This document shows, piece after piece, positions 38,471-48,112 of a stretch of DNA of 64,000 nucleotides. The DNA is taken from positions 35,703 to 99,702 of the forward strand of contig JBMNPH010000007.1 in assembly GCA_050943495.1 (NCBI GenBank), in the 5' to 3' direction. This stretch comes from Candidatus Merdivicinus sp. (GTDB lineage Bacteria > Bacillota > Clostridia > Oscillospirales > Ruminococcaceae). A program made the translations under genes and the position numbers. The stretch's first letter is position 1. Every line of letters starts with the position of its first letter. The notes under the pieces are model-generated. The model searched no databases and was not told the DNA's origin. It saw only the letters and a program-made list of their open reading frames with translations.

Positions 38471-40732
38471 CTATGCATTTTCTGTCTTGGAAGATGCTCT
38501 CTTGCGATATTCTCCCGGTGAACATCCTTCAAATTTTTTGAAATAACGCGTCAAACTCTGTTCATTATTATAGCCAACCGCTGTTGCAATTTCTGTTAAC
38601 GTATGCGTAGTTGTACAGAGAAGCTTTTTTGCTTCTTCAATTCGCATTGTATTAATATAATCCACAATGTTAATGCCAAATTCCTCCAGGATCATTCGAC
38701 GCAAACGACTGTAGCTTACCCCAATGTTTTCCGCCACTGTATTGACATCGATATCCTTTTGATAATTGGATCGAATGAAACGCGCAGCCTTTTGCAATAT
38801 GCTGATTTCTTCTGTTTGTAAATTGCTGCATGTTTCAATATACTGATGGATGAATTCACGGAAATATTCGATAATTTCATCAAATGTTTCCAAAGACGTT
38901 GCTTTTTGATACAGCACACCCGCATCAACTGATGACCCGCCTCGTTGTGCATCAAATCGGGAAAGCTCAAATACCAAGTATCCAATAAAACTCGGCATTC
39001 CTTTTGCGCTTAAGCATATCGTTTGATTATGAACTTTTGTGGATAATTGATGGAAAACTGCATCAACTTCTGCCAGATCTTGCTGTTCTATAGCGCGAAT
39101 CAACCGTTTAGTTTCTTCGGCAGGCAGATAAATTGGAGTTTTCTCCTCACTCTCACAAATGATCTGATTCTTTCCCAGCAAAATCCGTCGATCTGCCCGG
39201 AGCCTTGCTTCCTCTAATGAAAACGGAAGATAGCGAATGGAATGATATACTTCGCCTACCCCAATCGTAGCTGTATGGGACAGTATCTGCTGAATTTTTT
39301 GCTGAATACTTTCAAATGCCTTTTGATTATAGTATTCCGCCGGTTCACTTTCACCATCAGATAGTTTTTCAAGCGGATGTACCATATCAAAGCTCAATAA
39401 AAACTCAAAGCAATTTTGACTGACAATTTTTCCGATACTCTGAACTTGATTTTCGCTGAGAATTTCAGCTATCAAATTCAATACCAATTCCTTAGTCTGG
39501 CCTTCCCACTGAAATCCTGCAATATCGTCAATTAAGATGCATACTGCACTATAAAATTGACGATTCAAATATTGATTCTCCTGCAAATCTTCAGAGTGCA
39601 GCAAAACCTTATCAAAAAACAGCTGTTCCTGCCGCAGTTCTTCCGTATTTTTAACCTGTTCTACCAATTTTGCAACTGCCTTATCAATCATTGCATCATT
39701 CGCAGGACTTTCCAATTTTAAACTATCTGACAGCCGATAAATACTCTGTACTGCTCGGCTAACCGGACTGTAAATCCGAATGGTCGCAATATACCACGCC
39801 ACTCCTGCTAAAAAGATTACTAAGCTGACAATTCCATAAACCGACAATAGCAACGTATCATATTCCGAAAATAACGACTGATATTCTGCAATATTGATAA
39901 ACGTATTTTGATAGCTGTCTTCCACAAAAGTCAACAAATACTGGTCATCCAACATCATTTGCTTTTGCGTACGCGCAGAATAACATATTTTATCATAATT
40001 TTCAGTGAACAGCTGATTCAAAGCAGAATCATTAACTGAATCATATACGATTTGATCCTGGCTGTTCAATATCACAGTATCCTGCTTCGGATCGGAAGAT
40101 TGAAACAATTCATTCAATGCCGATTTATTATAGTTGACAACGATCAATACTTTTTCGTCCGTAATATAAGAAGAATATTGAAAGATATATCGCACACAAT
40201 CATAGGACCATTTCCGATAATCCGTTTCAAATCGAACAGAACCAGCCAAAAATGTGGGGATCTTCCCGGTTTTTTTCATCTCTTCGACGCTTTCCACCCA
40301 GTTCTGATCATAAAAATCCCACATATTACTTTCGTAATGTTCCGATGCAATAATATAATTGCTGTCCCAGAAGTGGACATAAATGGATTGAATAGAGTCA
40401 TCCAATACGATAATGTCCTGCAATTGCTGTCGGATATTATAAATCCAATCAATTTGATCTTTTGTCAGTGGCGAAGCAATCAAACCCGAACTATCCGCCA
40501 AAGCAAAAATATCCTCACTGGAAAGGAGGGATTCGATATTACTTTGTACTCTTTGAAAGAGCGTCTGATGCATCTGAGCTGCCAATGTCTGACGCGACTC
40601 GATTTGTTCAATTACATCCTTTTCGGTATACTGCTTGACCAAAGTCACGTTACAAATATAGAGAACACCCGAAAAAAGAAGAATGATCACTGCCAATACA
40701 ATCACAGCATATTTCAGGATTATTTTCTTCAT
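38471..40732 (-). CDS. Membrane-spanning one-component regulator: TM, about 270-aa extracytoplasmic domain, TM, cytoplasmic linker, AraC/XylS HTH
   Basis: TM1 is KYAVIVLAVIILLFSGVLYI and TM2 is LLLSVYGIVSLVIFLAGVAWYIA. The C-terminal dual HTH is VAENIGVSYSRLRRMI...TEIATAVGYNNEQSLTRYFKKFEG. Start at MKKIIL (40732) after an AAGGGGGA RBS. Confidence 0.8.
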   Translation of the reverse strand: MKKIILKYAVIVLAVIILLFSGVLYICNVTLVKQYTEKDVIEQIESRQTLAAQMHQTLFQRVQSNIESLLSSEDIFALADSSGLIASPLTKDQIDWIYNIRQQLQDIIVLDDSIQSIYVHFWDSNYIIASEHYESNMWDFYDQNWVESVEEMKKTGKIPTFLAGSVRFETDYRKWSYDCVRYIFQYSSYITDEKVLIVVNYNKSALNELFQSSDPKQDTVILNSQDQIVYDSVNDSALNQLFTENYDKICYSARTQKQMMLDDQYLLTFVEDSYQNTFINIAEYQSLFSEYDTLLLSVYGIVSLVIFLAGVAWYIATIRIYSPVSRAVQSIYRLSDSLKLESPANDAMIDKAVAKLVEQVKNTEELRQEQLFFDKVLLHSEDLQENQYLNRQFYSAVCILIDDIAGFQWEGQTKELVLNLIAEILSENQVQSIGKIVSQNCFEFLLSFDMVHPLEKLSDGESEPAEYYNQKAFESIQQKIQQILSHTATIGVGEVYHSIRYLPFSLEEARLRADRRILLGKNQIICESEEKTPIYLPAEETKRLIRAIEQQDLAEVDAVFHQLSTKVHNQTICLSAKGMPSFIGYLVFELSRFDAQRGGSSVDAGVLYQKATSLETFDEIIEYFREFIHQYIETCSNLQTEEISILQKAARFIRSNYQKDIDVNTVAENIGVSYSRLRRMILEEFGINIVDYINTMRIEEAKKLLCTTTHTLTEIATAVGYNNEQSLTRYFKKFEGCSPGEYRKRASSKTENA

Positions 40733-40804
40733 GGCACATCCCCCTTTTTTCAGCAACATAAAATACAGTATATCATATTTTGCTCAAAAAGTACAGTCAC
40801 AGGA

Positions 40805-42067
40805 TTAAATACATTCCAAATAAGCGTTGGCAGCTAATAGGATTCCTAACTTTCCTGTATTATAGGTCAGTCCGCCCTGTACCCAAACCGAATAAGGTTC
40901 CCGCAGCGGACCATCCGCAGAAAGTTCCAGAGATGCACCCATTGTAAAGGTACCTGCTGCCATAATGACTTCATCCCCATATCCGGGCATTGCCCACGGT
41001 TCCGGAGTGACAAAAGAATCCACTGGAGATCCTGCCTGTATTCCGCGGCAAAATGCACACAATTTTTCCGGACTACCCAGTTCAATCGCCGCAATAATAT
41101 CCGTCCGCGGTTCCTTCCAATGGGGAGTTGTCCGACAGCCGAGTTCTTCAAATAAAGCACATGCAAAACAGGAAGTTTTGACTGCATTCGCAACAGCAGA
41201 GGGGGCGTGGAAGAATCCCAAATACAAACCACGGTTCTGATCCTGGGTGCAACCTGATTCCCGTCCGATTCCGGGGCAGGTGGCACGATAACCGCACAAT
41301 TCCACCAAATCTTTTCTTCCGGCAATATAACCGCCGGTCGGTGCAATTCCGCCGCCCGGATTTTTAATCAGCGATCCGGCCATTAAATCAGCGCCTACCT
41401 GCACCGGTTCCATTTTTTCCACAAATTCTCCATAACAATTGTCCACAAAGACAATGACATCCGGATTGCCTTTCTTGGCAGCAGCGGCAATTTTTCCGAT
41501 AATCTCCACTCGAAGAGATGGCCGCAGAGAATATCCGCGCGATCGCTGAATATAAATCATTTTTGCGGTTTTGGCCTCCACTTCGATCGCCGCATAATCG
41601 GGCGTTCCGTCCGCCAGCAGATCCACCTGCCGGTAAGAAATCCCATATTCTGCCAAAGAACCGGTTTTTCCTCCCCGGATTCCGATGACCTCTTCCATGG
41701 TATCATAGGGAGCACCTGTCACCGAAACAACTGTATCTCCTGCACGAAGCACTCCAAACAATGCCGTAGAAAGGGTATGTGTTCCTGAAACAAACTGATG
41801 TCGGACGAGAGCATCTTCGGCCCCGAATGCCTGCGCAAAAACCCGGTCAAGATTATCCCGACCCATATCGTCATAGCCATATCCGGTCGTTCCCACCAGA
41901 TGCGCCGCGGAAACCCGATTGTCTGAAAATGCTTTCAGGACTTTTGCTTCATTAAATGCCTGGATTTCCTCAATACTCTGAAAAATTTCCCGGCATTTTT
42001 TCTCTGCCTGATCCGCCAATTCCAGAAGGCGGGGAGAAAATTCATACAATCCCTGATAATCTGTCAT
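40805..42067 (-). CDS. YnbB / 'aluminium resistance' family PLP-dependent enzyme (Cys/Met metabolism fold)
   Basis: The N-terminal pattern ...AFNEAKVLKAFSDNRVSAAHLVGTTGYGYDDMGRDNLDRVFA is characteristic of this family. Confidence 0.7.
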   Translation of the reverse strand: MTDYQGLYEFSPRLLELADQAEKKCREIFQSIEEIQAFNEAKVLKAFSDNRVSAAHLVGTTGYGYDDMGRDNLDRVFAQAFGAEDALVRHQFVSGTHTLSTALFGVLRAGDTVVSVTGAPYDTMEEVIGIRGGKTGSLAEYGISYRQVDLLADGTPDYAAIEVEAKTAKMIYIQRSRGYSLRPSLRVEIIGKIAAAAKKGNPDVIVFVDNCYGEFVEKMEPVQVGADLMAGSLIKNPGGGIAPTGGYIAGRKDLVELCGYRATCPGIGRESGCTQDQNRGLYLGFFHAPSAVANAVKTSCFACALFEELGCRTTPHWKEPRTDIIAAIELGSPEKLCAFCRGIQAGSPVDSFVTPEPWAMPGYGDEVIMAAGTFTMGASLELSADGPLREPYSVWVQGGLTYNTGKLGILLAANAYLECI

Positions 42068-42083
42068 GCTTTACAATCCTTTT

Positions 42084-43115
42084 CTATTCCATTTCGTTTG
42101 CCAAATTTTCGAGCAATGCTCCAATCAAATCCCGCACTGCCTGCATATCATCCTGCCGGATCACGCATTGTGGGGCATGAATGTACCGACAGGGGGCAGA
42201 AATTGCCACGACCTGTGCGCCCGCAGCGCCGCGCTGATATGCGGCCGCATCATTCCGGCCTGCAATCGCCGTTTTCAGCTGAGCCGGAATCTCCTTCTGG
42301 GAAGCGAGTTCCATACATCTCCGGTACAATGGACGCGGATATAGGGCGCCTTTGTCCATAAAGCTGACTACTGCGCCTTTTCCCAGCTTACATGCACAGT
42401 CCGGTTCGGAGATGCCGGGAAGATCCGCTGCGGAAGTTGCCTCCACAGCAATGGCAATATCCGGCTGCTGAGAAAATGCCGCCGCAGCCGCACCCAATCC
42501 GCCGGTCTCTTCCTGCACACTGAATACAAAGGTACAGTCCACCGGAAGATCTGACTGAATCAAATCAATCAGCACAGCACAGCCGAAACGATTGTCGATG
42601 GCTTTTCCGCGGAACGCACCATTTCCAAACGGCGCAAATTCCGGCAGAAATGTGACTGTATCGCCCAACTGAACGAGTTTTTCCGCCTCATCCCGGCTTG
42701 CACAGCCAATATCAATATAGAGTTTGTCCGCAGGAACAGCCGTTTTGCGTTCTTCAGCGTCCTGCAGATGGATCGGTTTTCCGCCAATTACGCCCGGAAG
42801 AGCATCCTCGCCCACCAATACCTGACGTCCGATCAGAACCCGCGCGTCAATTCCTCCTACCGTTGCAAAGGTAAGGCTACCATCATCCGCGATCCCGTTG
42901 ATGATCAATCCCACTTCATCCATATGAGCATCCAGAAGAATTTTACGCGAAGAGGCACGTGCCCCCTTTTTCCGGGCAATGACATTGCCGAGTGCATCGA
43001 TTTCCGCGTCGCAGTGTTCTTCAATCATCGAGAGAATTGCGCTTGCAACCGCACTCTCATCCCCGGAAACTCCGGGAATCCGGCACAATGTTTCCAATAT
43101 TTCCTGTAAAGCCAT
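42084..43115 (-). CDS. M42 family metallopeptidase (glutamyl aminopeptidase / FrvX-like)
   Basis: Motifs DAHMDEVGLII, QEETGGLGA and DNRFGCA. Confidence 0.85.
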   Translation of the reverse strand: MALQEILETLCRIPGVSGDESAVASAILSMIEEHCDAEIDALGNVIARKKGARASSRKILLDAHMDEVGLIINGIADDGSLTFATVGGIDARVLIGRQVLVGEDALPGVIGGKPIHLQDAEERKTAVPADKLYIDIGCASRDEAEKLVQLGDTVTFLPEFAPFGNGAFRGKAIDNRFGCAVLIDLIQSDLPVDCTFVFSVQEETGGLGAAAAAFSQQPDIAIAVEATSAADLPGISEPDCACKLGKGAVVSFMDKGALYPRPLYRRCMELASQKEIPAQLKTAIAGRNDAAAYQRGAAGAQVVAISAPCRYIHAPQCVIRQDDMQAVRDLIGALLENLANEME

Positions 43116-43131
43116 TCTGCAATCCTCCCCG

Positions 43132-44145
43132 TTACCGCAAAATATAAGCTGCGATCAGTTCTCCTACCGCTTCCACATCGGTGAGCTGCACCACTTCAAC
43201 CGGCGTATGCATATACTTCAGCGGCAGCGAAATCAGCCCGGCCCGAACACCGCCTCTGGAAACGGCGATTCCATCCGCATTGGTGGAAGTTCTGCCGCCC
43301 ATCGCCTCGATCGTAAACGGGATTGCCCGCTCTTTCGCAACAGCAACCAGTTCTTCAAACATTCCTCGGTTCAGCGGCGGCGCAATTCCAATCATAGCAC
43401 CGCTGCCCATTTTCGGATAGCGATCCTTCAGTCCCTCCTGCAGGGCAAAACTTACGTCCACTGCAATGGCTTCCTCCGGCTGTTCGCGGAATGCTGCAAC
43501 GACTGCACCCAAACCGCTCGTTTCCTCCTGCGCGGAAAACAGCACCGTCACCGCATAAGGCAGCGGCTTTCCGGCCAGCAATTTTACCGCATGCAGAATC
43601 GCCGCCGCACCGGATCGGTCATCCAGTGAAACGGAAGTAGCGCGGCCATTCTGAAGCATGGTAAAATCTCCGGTCAGCGCCACGCGGTCACCGGGCATGA
43701 CGAGATTTTCGAGTTCTTCCCGGCTGTAACCGGTATCAATCGCAATTTCAGAAATTTCCGGCACTTTTTTGCGTTCCTCGTCATCTGAAAGATGCGGCGG
43801 TTTTGCAGCCACAATTCCCGGCAACGCCTGTTTACCCAGAACCGTCACCTGCTGTCCCAGAACCAGTCTCCGGTCAACGCCTCCGCAATTGGAAACCCTC
43901 AAAAAACCATTTTCTTCGATCTGTGTAACGATCATCCCAATCTGGTCAATATGCGCGTCCAACAAAATACGAGGTGCTTCCGCAGCTGCCCCCGGTAAAT
44001 GCGCAATGACATTTCCGAACGCATCCACTGTCACATCATCCGTATATTCCCGCAGGATATGCGCTGCCGCTTCCGATGCGACAAATTCTTCCCCGACTAC
44101 ACCGGGCGCTGCGCAAAGTTTCCGCAATACTTCCTCTGTTGTCAA
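43132..44145 (-). CDS. M42 family metallopeptidase, second paralog
   Basis: Motifs DAHIDQIGMIV, QEETSGLGA and DDRSGAA. TTG start after an AAGGAGGA RBS. Confidence 0.85.
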   Translation of the reverse strand: MTTEEVLRKLCAAPGVVGEEFVASEAAAHILREYTDDVTVDAFGNVIAHLPGAAAEAPRILLDAHIDQIGMIVTQIEENGFLRVSNCGGVDRRLVLGQQVTVLGKQALPGIVAAKPPHLSDDEERKKVPEISEIAIDTGYSREELENLVMPGDRVALTGDFTMLQNGRATSVSLDDRSGAAAILHAVKLLAGKPLPYAVTVLFSAQEETSGLGAVVAAFREQPEEAIAVDVSFALQEGLKDRYPKMGSGAMIGIAPPLNRGMFEELVAVAKERAIPFTIEAMGGRTSTNADGIAVSRGGVRAGLISLPLKYMHTPVEVVQLTDVEAVGELIAAYILR

Positions 44146-44157
44146 CGTGATTCCTCC

Positions 44158-45549
44158 TTACAATGCCTGCACAATTCTTTTGAAATGTTTGCCGCGTTCC
44201 TCAAAATTCCGATACAGGTCAAAGCTCGCACTCGCCGGCGACAAGCTTACGATATCTCCTGCCGCTGTATTTTCACGGGCAATCTGTACTGCCTCCTCCA
44301 TGGTAGCAGCATGCGCAATTTTTAGCCCGGACTCCGCAAATCCCGGACATTCGCGGACTGCTTTCTCAATTTTCGGCCCGGTTGCCCCCATCACGATCAG
44401 CAATTTAACCTTCTCCAAAATTTTCGGTGCCAATGGTTCGTACGGAATCTTTTTATCATATCCGCCCGCAATGATACAGATTTTCCGGTCAAAGGAATCC
44501 AATCCTGCGATTGTACGGGTGGGGCTGGAAGCAATGGAGTCGTTATACCATTCCACACCGTCCAGAATTCTCACCAGTTCAATCCGATGTTCCACTCCGC
44601 CAAAAGTGCGGACAACCTCCAGAATATCAGAAGCCGGCACTTCTCCATCCACGGCGGCAATCGCTGTGAGGACATTTTCTACATTATGCATTCCCCGAAT
44701 GAGAATTTCATCCTTGTGGAACAGCTTTTCTATCCGGCCATGCCGGGAAAAACAGAGAAATCCCTCTTCATCCAGAAAAGCGCCGTGTTCCGGCTTTTCC
44801 TTCATGGAAAACCAGGAGAGTTCCCCCCGCACTTCCGAGGCGAACCCGCTCGTCACCGGATCATCCAAATTCAGCACAGTGCGGGAAAAGGCGTCCTGAT
44901 GAAGAAAGATATTTTTCTTCGCATTGGTGTACTCCGCCATATCCTTATGAACATCCAGATGGTTCGGCGTTACATTTTTCACCACCGATACATCCGGTGC
45001 ACATCGCATCGACAGCAGCTGGAAGCTGGACAACTCCACAACAGCCGCATCTTCTTCGCGAATTTCCTCGATTTCCGGCAGCAGCGCCTTACCGATATTG
45101 CCGCCAAGATGGACGGTCCGGCCGGATTTTTCCAAAAATTTTGCAATTAAGGTTGAAGTTGTGGTCTTTCCATCCGAACCGGTGATGGCAAACAGTTTGC
45201 AGGGACAAAGTTTGCAGAAGCATTCCATTTCACTGGTAACAACCTTTCCGGCCTTCCGCGCTTCCTGCAGAGCCGGAGAAAGGTAATACATACCAGGAGT
45301 CCGAAAAATGACATCCGCATCTTTCAATGCGTCCAAATAATTTTCCCCCAGCCGGAACTTGGCCCCTAAAGCAGACAGCCGCTCATAATCTTCTCCCAGC
45401 TGTTCCGCGGAACGTTTGTCGCAGACCGTCACATCGATTCCTTTTTCCAGAAATTTCTCAATCAAACGGGTATGGCTTACCCCAATTCCAATCAAAACGA
45501 CCTTTTTATCCTGTAAATCCCGATACCACCGGGCAATTGATCCTGCCAT
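44158..45549 (-). CDS. murD: UDP-N-acetylmuramoyl-L-alanine--D-glutamate ligase
   Basis: N-terminal Rossmann segment VVLIGIGVSH, the Mur ligase P-loop ITGSDGKTTT, 463 aa. Confidence 0.9.
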   Translation of the reverse strand: MAGSIARWYRDLQDKKVVLIGIGVSHTRLIEKFLEKGIDVTVCDKRSAEQLGEDYERLSALGAKFRLGENYLDALKDADVIFRTPGMYYLSPALQEARKAGKVVTSEMECFCKLCPCKLFAITGSDGKTTTSTLIAKFLEKSGRTVHLGGNIGKALLPEIEEIREEDAAVVELSSFQLLSMRCAPDVSVVKNVTPNHLDVHKDMAEYTNAKKNIFLHQDAFSRTVLNLDDPVTSGFASEVRGELSWFSMKEKPEHGAFLDEEGFLCFSRHGRIEKLFHKDEILIRGMHNVENVLTAIAAVDGEVPASDILEVVRTFGGVEHRIELVRILDGVEWYNDSIASSPTRTIAGLDSFDRKICIIAGGYDKKIPYEPLAPKILEKVKLLIVMGATGPKIEKAVRECPGFAESGLKIAHAATMEEAVQIARENTAAGDIVSLSPASASFDLYRNFEERGKHFKRIVQAL

Positions 45550-45641
45550 TAATCTTCACCCTTCCAGCTATTCAATCACTAACAGTATAAGCTTTTTTGA
45601 AAGAATTATCAAGGGGGATTTTGGAGAAACAGTTTTGTCCC

Positions 45642-45926
45642 TCAAAATTGGAACAAGCCTTCCCGATATAAAGCGATCACAATTACGGCAATACTCCATA
45701 GGATGGCAGTCAGCGGTGCCAAAATTTGAAAAGACAGATGTTTTGTCTTATGACGGAACGTAATCATTCCCAGCCAAAGCCCCCATCCGCCGCCCAAAGC
45801 AGCCAGTCCCAGTAATGTCTTTTCGGGAATTCGCCACCGATTCCGGCGCGCTTTGTATTTATCCACTCCGCACAGAAAAAAATCTAAGAGAGAGAGGATC
45901 AGCAGGTAAAAAAGTATCCACTTCAT
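45642..45926 (-). CDS. DUF1294 family small membrane protein
   Basis: The DKYKARRNRWRIPEKTLL...FRHKTKH pattern is typical of DUF1294. Confidence 0.75.
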   Translation of the reverse strand: MKWILFYLLILSLLDFFLCGVDKYKARRNRWRIPEKTLLGLAALGGGWGLWLGMITFRHKTKHLSFQILAPLTAILWSIAVIVIALYREGLFQF

Positions 45927-46044
45927 ATTCCGATTCCTCCAAAATTTTGATTACTACGATTTTATCACACTTCTCTGCCGCCTGCAACCCGCTCTCATTT
46001 TCTCCTATTTTAAGGAAGAAACCCAAAGAAATTTTTAATTTTCC

Positions 46045-46073
46045 TTGTAATTCCCCCTGAACCCGTGTATAAT
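46045..46073 (+). promoter_or_regulatory. Promoter of the ATP-grasp/racemase/asnB cluster (TTGTAA-17-TATAAT)
   Basis: TTGTAA at 46045-46050 and TATAAT at 46068-46073. This lies inside the 5' extension of the ORF-track ORF, which argues for a downstream start codon. Confidence 0.6.
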
Positions 46074-46136
46074 AGAATCGATATGGTGTGTTCTTCTGCG
46101 GATACACAAAAAATCATCCCGAAAGGATCGATACTT

Positions 46137-47366
46137 TTGTCCAAAACAGATTTTATTCCCGTCCTGCTGGGCAGTGACGTCAATGTATATGGCATGGCCC
46201 GTTCTTTCCACGAGGCATATGGAATTCCCTCCGTGGCCATCGGCAAAGGTCGTTTAAACGCCACCTCAAACAGCCGCATCGTTTCGGTAGAAGTGGTGGA
46301 ACCCAACCTGGAAGATGACGCAGTTTTCTGCAAAACCCTCATTGATTTTGCCGGACGCTATCCCAAAGATCAGACTCTTCTCCTGGTTCCGTGCGGTGAC
46401 AACTACATTAAATTACTGGTCCGGAACCAGGAAGCGCTCCGTCCCTATTATCGCTTTGAGTGCATCAGCGAGGAACTGCTGATGCGGCTTTCCATTAAAG
46501 AGAGCTTTTACGAAGTCTGTACTGAACATGGCTTTGAATTTCCGAAAACAACCACCTGTTCTTATGAAAACTACAAGACGGTGGAACTGCCCTTTGATTT
46601 TCCCGTGATTATCAAGCCCTCCAATTCGGTGGCATACTGGAACTGCAAGTTCCCCCACAAGAAAAAAGTCTTTGTGGCTCAGAACAAGCAAGAGTATGAT
46701 GCCATTCTCAATGCGATTTACGGTTCTTCCTATAAAGACCATCTGATTTTGCAGGAATATATTCCCGGCGACGACGCGCAGATGCGAGTGATGAACTGCT
46801 ATTGTGGTTCTGACAAAAAAGTGAAGCTCATCGCCCTTGGACACGCCCTTCTGGAGGAACATTCCCCGGAAGGCATTGGCAGTTACGCCGCCATTATCAA
46901 TACCCGGGATGACGCTTTAGCGGAGCAGATGAAAAACTTCCTAGAGGGCATCGGCTATGTGGGCTTTGCCAACTTCGACATGAAGCTGGATCCTCGGGAT
47001 GGCAAGTACAAACTCTTTGAAATGAACCTGCGGCAGGGCCGTTCCAGCTTTTTCGTCACCGCTTCCGGCTACAATTTGGCCAAATGGCTCACTGACGATG
47101 TGATTTACCACAAGGAAATGCCGCTGACTATCGCCGACAATAAGGTGCTGTGGAGCATTATTCCCAAAGGGGTTATTTTCAAATATGTGTCGGACGAGTC
47201 CCTAAAGGCTGAGGCGAAAGCACTCATTAAGGCCGGAAAATACTGCCAGTCCCTTTACTACAAACCAGACATGACCATGAAACGGCGAATTGGCTGGCTC
47301 AAAAACCAGTTCCATTACTATCAGAAGTACAAACGTTATTTTGGAAACAAAGGATTAACCGATTGA
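46137..47366 (+). CDS. ATP-grasp carboxylate-amine ligase, candidate D-aspartate ligase for the peptidoglycan cross-bridge
   Basis: ATP-grasp fold length and pattern (FPVIIKPSNS..., LILQEYIPGDD, FANFDMKLD...LFEMNLRQGRS). The preferred start is the TTG at 46137 after an AAAGGA RBS; the ATG at 46083 is an alternative. Confidence 0.7.
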   Translation: MSKTDFIPVLLGSDVNVYGMARSFHEAYGIPSVAIGKGRLNATSNSRIVSVEVVEPNLEDDAVFCKTLIDFAGRYPKDQTLLLVPCGDNYIKLLVRNQEALRPYYRFECISEELLMRLSIKESFYEVCTEHGFEFPKTTTCSYENYKTVELPFDFPVIIKPSNSVAYWNCKFPHKKKVFVAQNKQEYDAILNAIYGSSYKDHLILQEYIPGDDAQMRVMNCYCGSDKKVKLIALGHALLEEHSPEGIGSYAAIINTRDDALAEQMKNFLEGIGYVGFANFDMKLDPRDGKYKLFEMNLRQGRSSFFVTASGYNLAKWLTDDVIYHKEMPLTIADNKVLWSIIPKGVIFKYVSDESLKAEAKALIKAGKYCQSLYYKPDMTMKRRIGWLKNQFHYYQKYKRYFGNKGLTD

Positions 47367-48085
47367 TGAAAAATTTAGGAGTCATCGGCGGGTTAGGCCC
47401 CATGGCCACCGCTTATTTTCTGGAATTGATTGTAAAAATGACCGAAGCCTCCTGCGACCAGGATCATCTGGATGTCACCATCCTGAACCGGCCACAGATT
47501 CCCGACCGCACGGCCTGTATTCTGGGGAAAAGTAAAAAGAGCCCCGTTCCTATGATGGCAGAGGCGGCCAGAACCTTGGAAGGTCTGGGGGCTTCCTGTA
47601 TTGCGGTTCCCTGCATTACTTCCCATTACTTTTTCGGGGAACTGCAAAAAGAGGTGTCCATCCCTTTTGTCAATCTGGTAAAAGAGACGGCTCAGCATTT
47701 AAAGGTAAACGGAGTGAAAACCGCCGGGATTCTGGCCACCAGTGGAACAGTTTCTACCCGCCTTTTTCAGCAGGCGCTGACAGAACTGGGTATGGACTTC
47801 GTTATCCCGGACGAGGAAAATCAACAGAAAGTTATGCACTTGATTTACGACAATGTCAAAGCTGGTATACCGCCGGAACTTCCTCTGTTTGAAGAAGCTT
47901 GCGCAAGTCTCCGGAAAAAGGGGGCAGAGTGTATGATTCTGGGATGTACAGAACTTTCTCTCATTAAACGAGATTTTCCCATTGGTCCAGGTTGTCTGGA
48001 CGCTTTGGAAGTGCTGGCTAAGCGTTCTATCGAGTTCTGCGAAAAACCTCTTCGACCGGCATATTCCTCTTTAATTACCCGATAA
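47366..48085 (+). CDS. Aspartate/glutamate racemase family protein (aspartate racemase-like)
   Basis: GVIGGLGPMAT N-terminus and two catalytic Cys motifs (VPCITSHYF, LGCTELSLI). The start overlaps the upstream stop (TGATG). Confidence 0.85.
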   Translation: MKNLGVIGGLGPMATAYFLELIVKMTEASCDQDHLDVTILNRPQIPDRTACILGKSKKSPVPMMAEAARTLEGLGASCIAVPCITSHYFFGELQKEVSIPFVNLVKETAQHLKVNGVKTAGILATSGTVSTRLFQQALTELGMDFVIPDEENQQKVMHLIYDNVKAGIPPELPLFEEACASLRKKGAECMILGCTELSLIKRDFPIGPGCLDALEVLAKRSIEFCEKPLRPAYSSLITR

Positions 48086-48112
48086 CCCCTTTAGAAAGGA
48101 TGAATACTTCCC

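Noticed and set aside
43769-44899. 376-aa plus-strand ORF spanning the M42 peptidase and murD genes in antisense
   Set aside because: It crosses a gene boundary of two well-supported minus-strand genes. Its S/A/R/P-rich composition is typical of antisense translation of GC-richer coding DNA.
46065-46136. N-terminal extension of the ATP-grasp ORF starting at a GTG at 46065
   Set aside because: The extension contains the TATAAT box of a consensus promoter (TTGTAA-17-TATAAT). Transcription therefore probably starts inside it, and a downstream start (TTG 46137 or ATG 46083) is more plausible.
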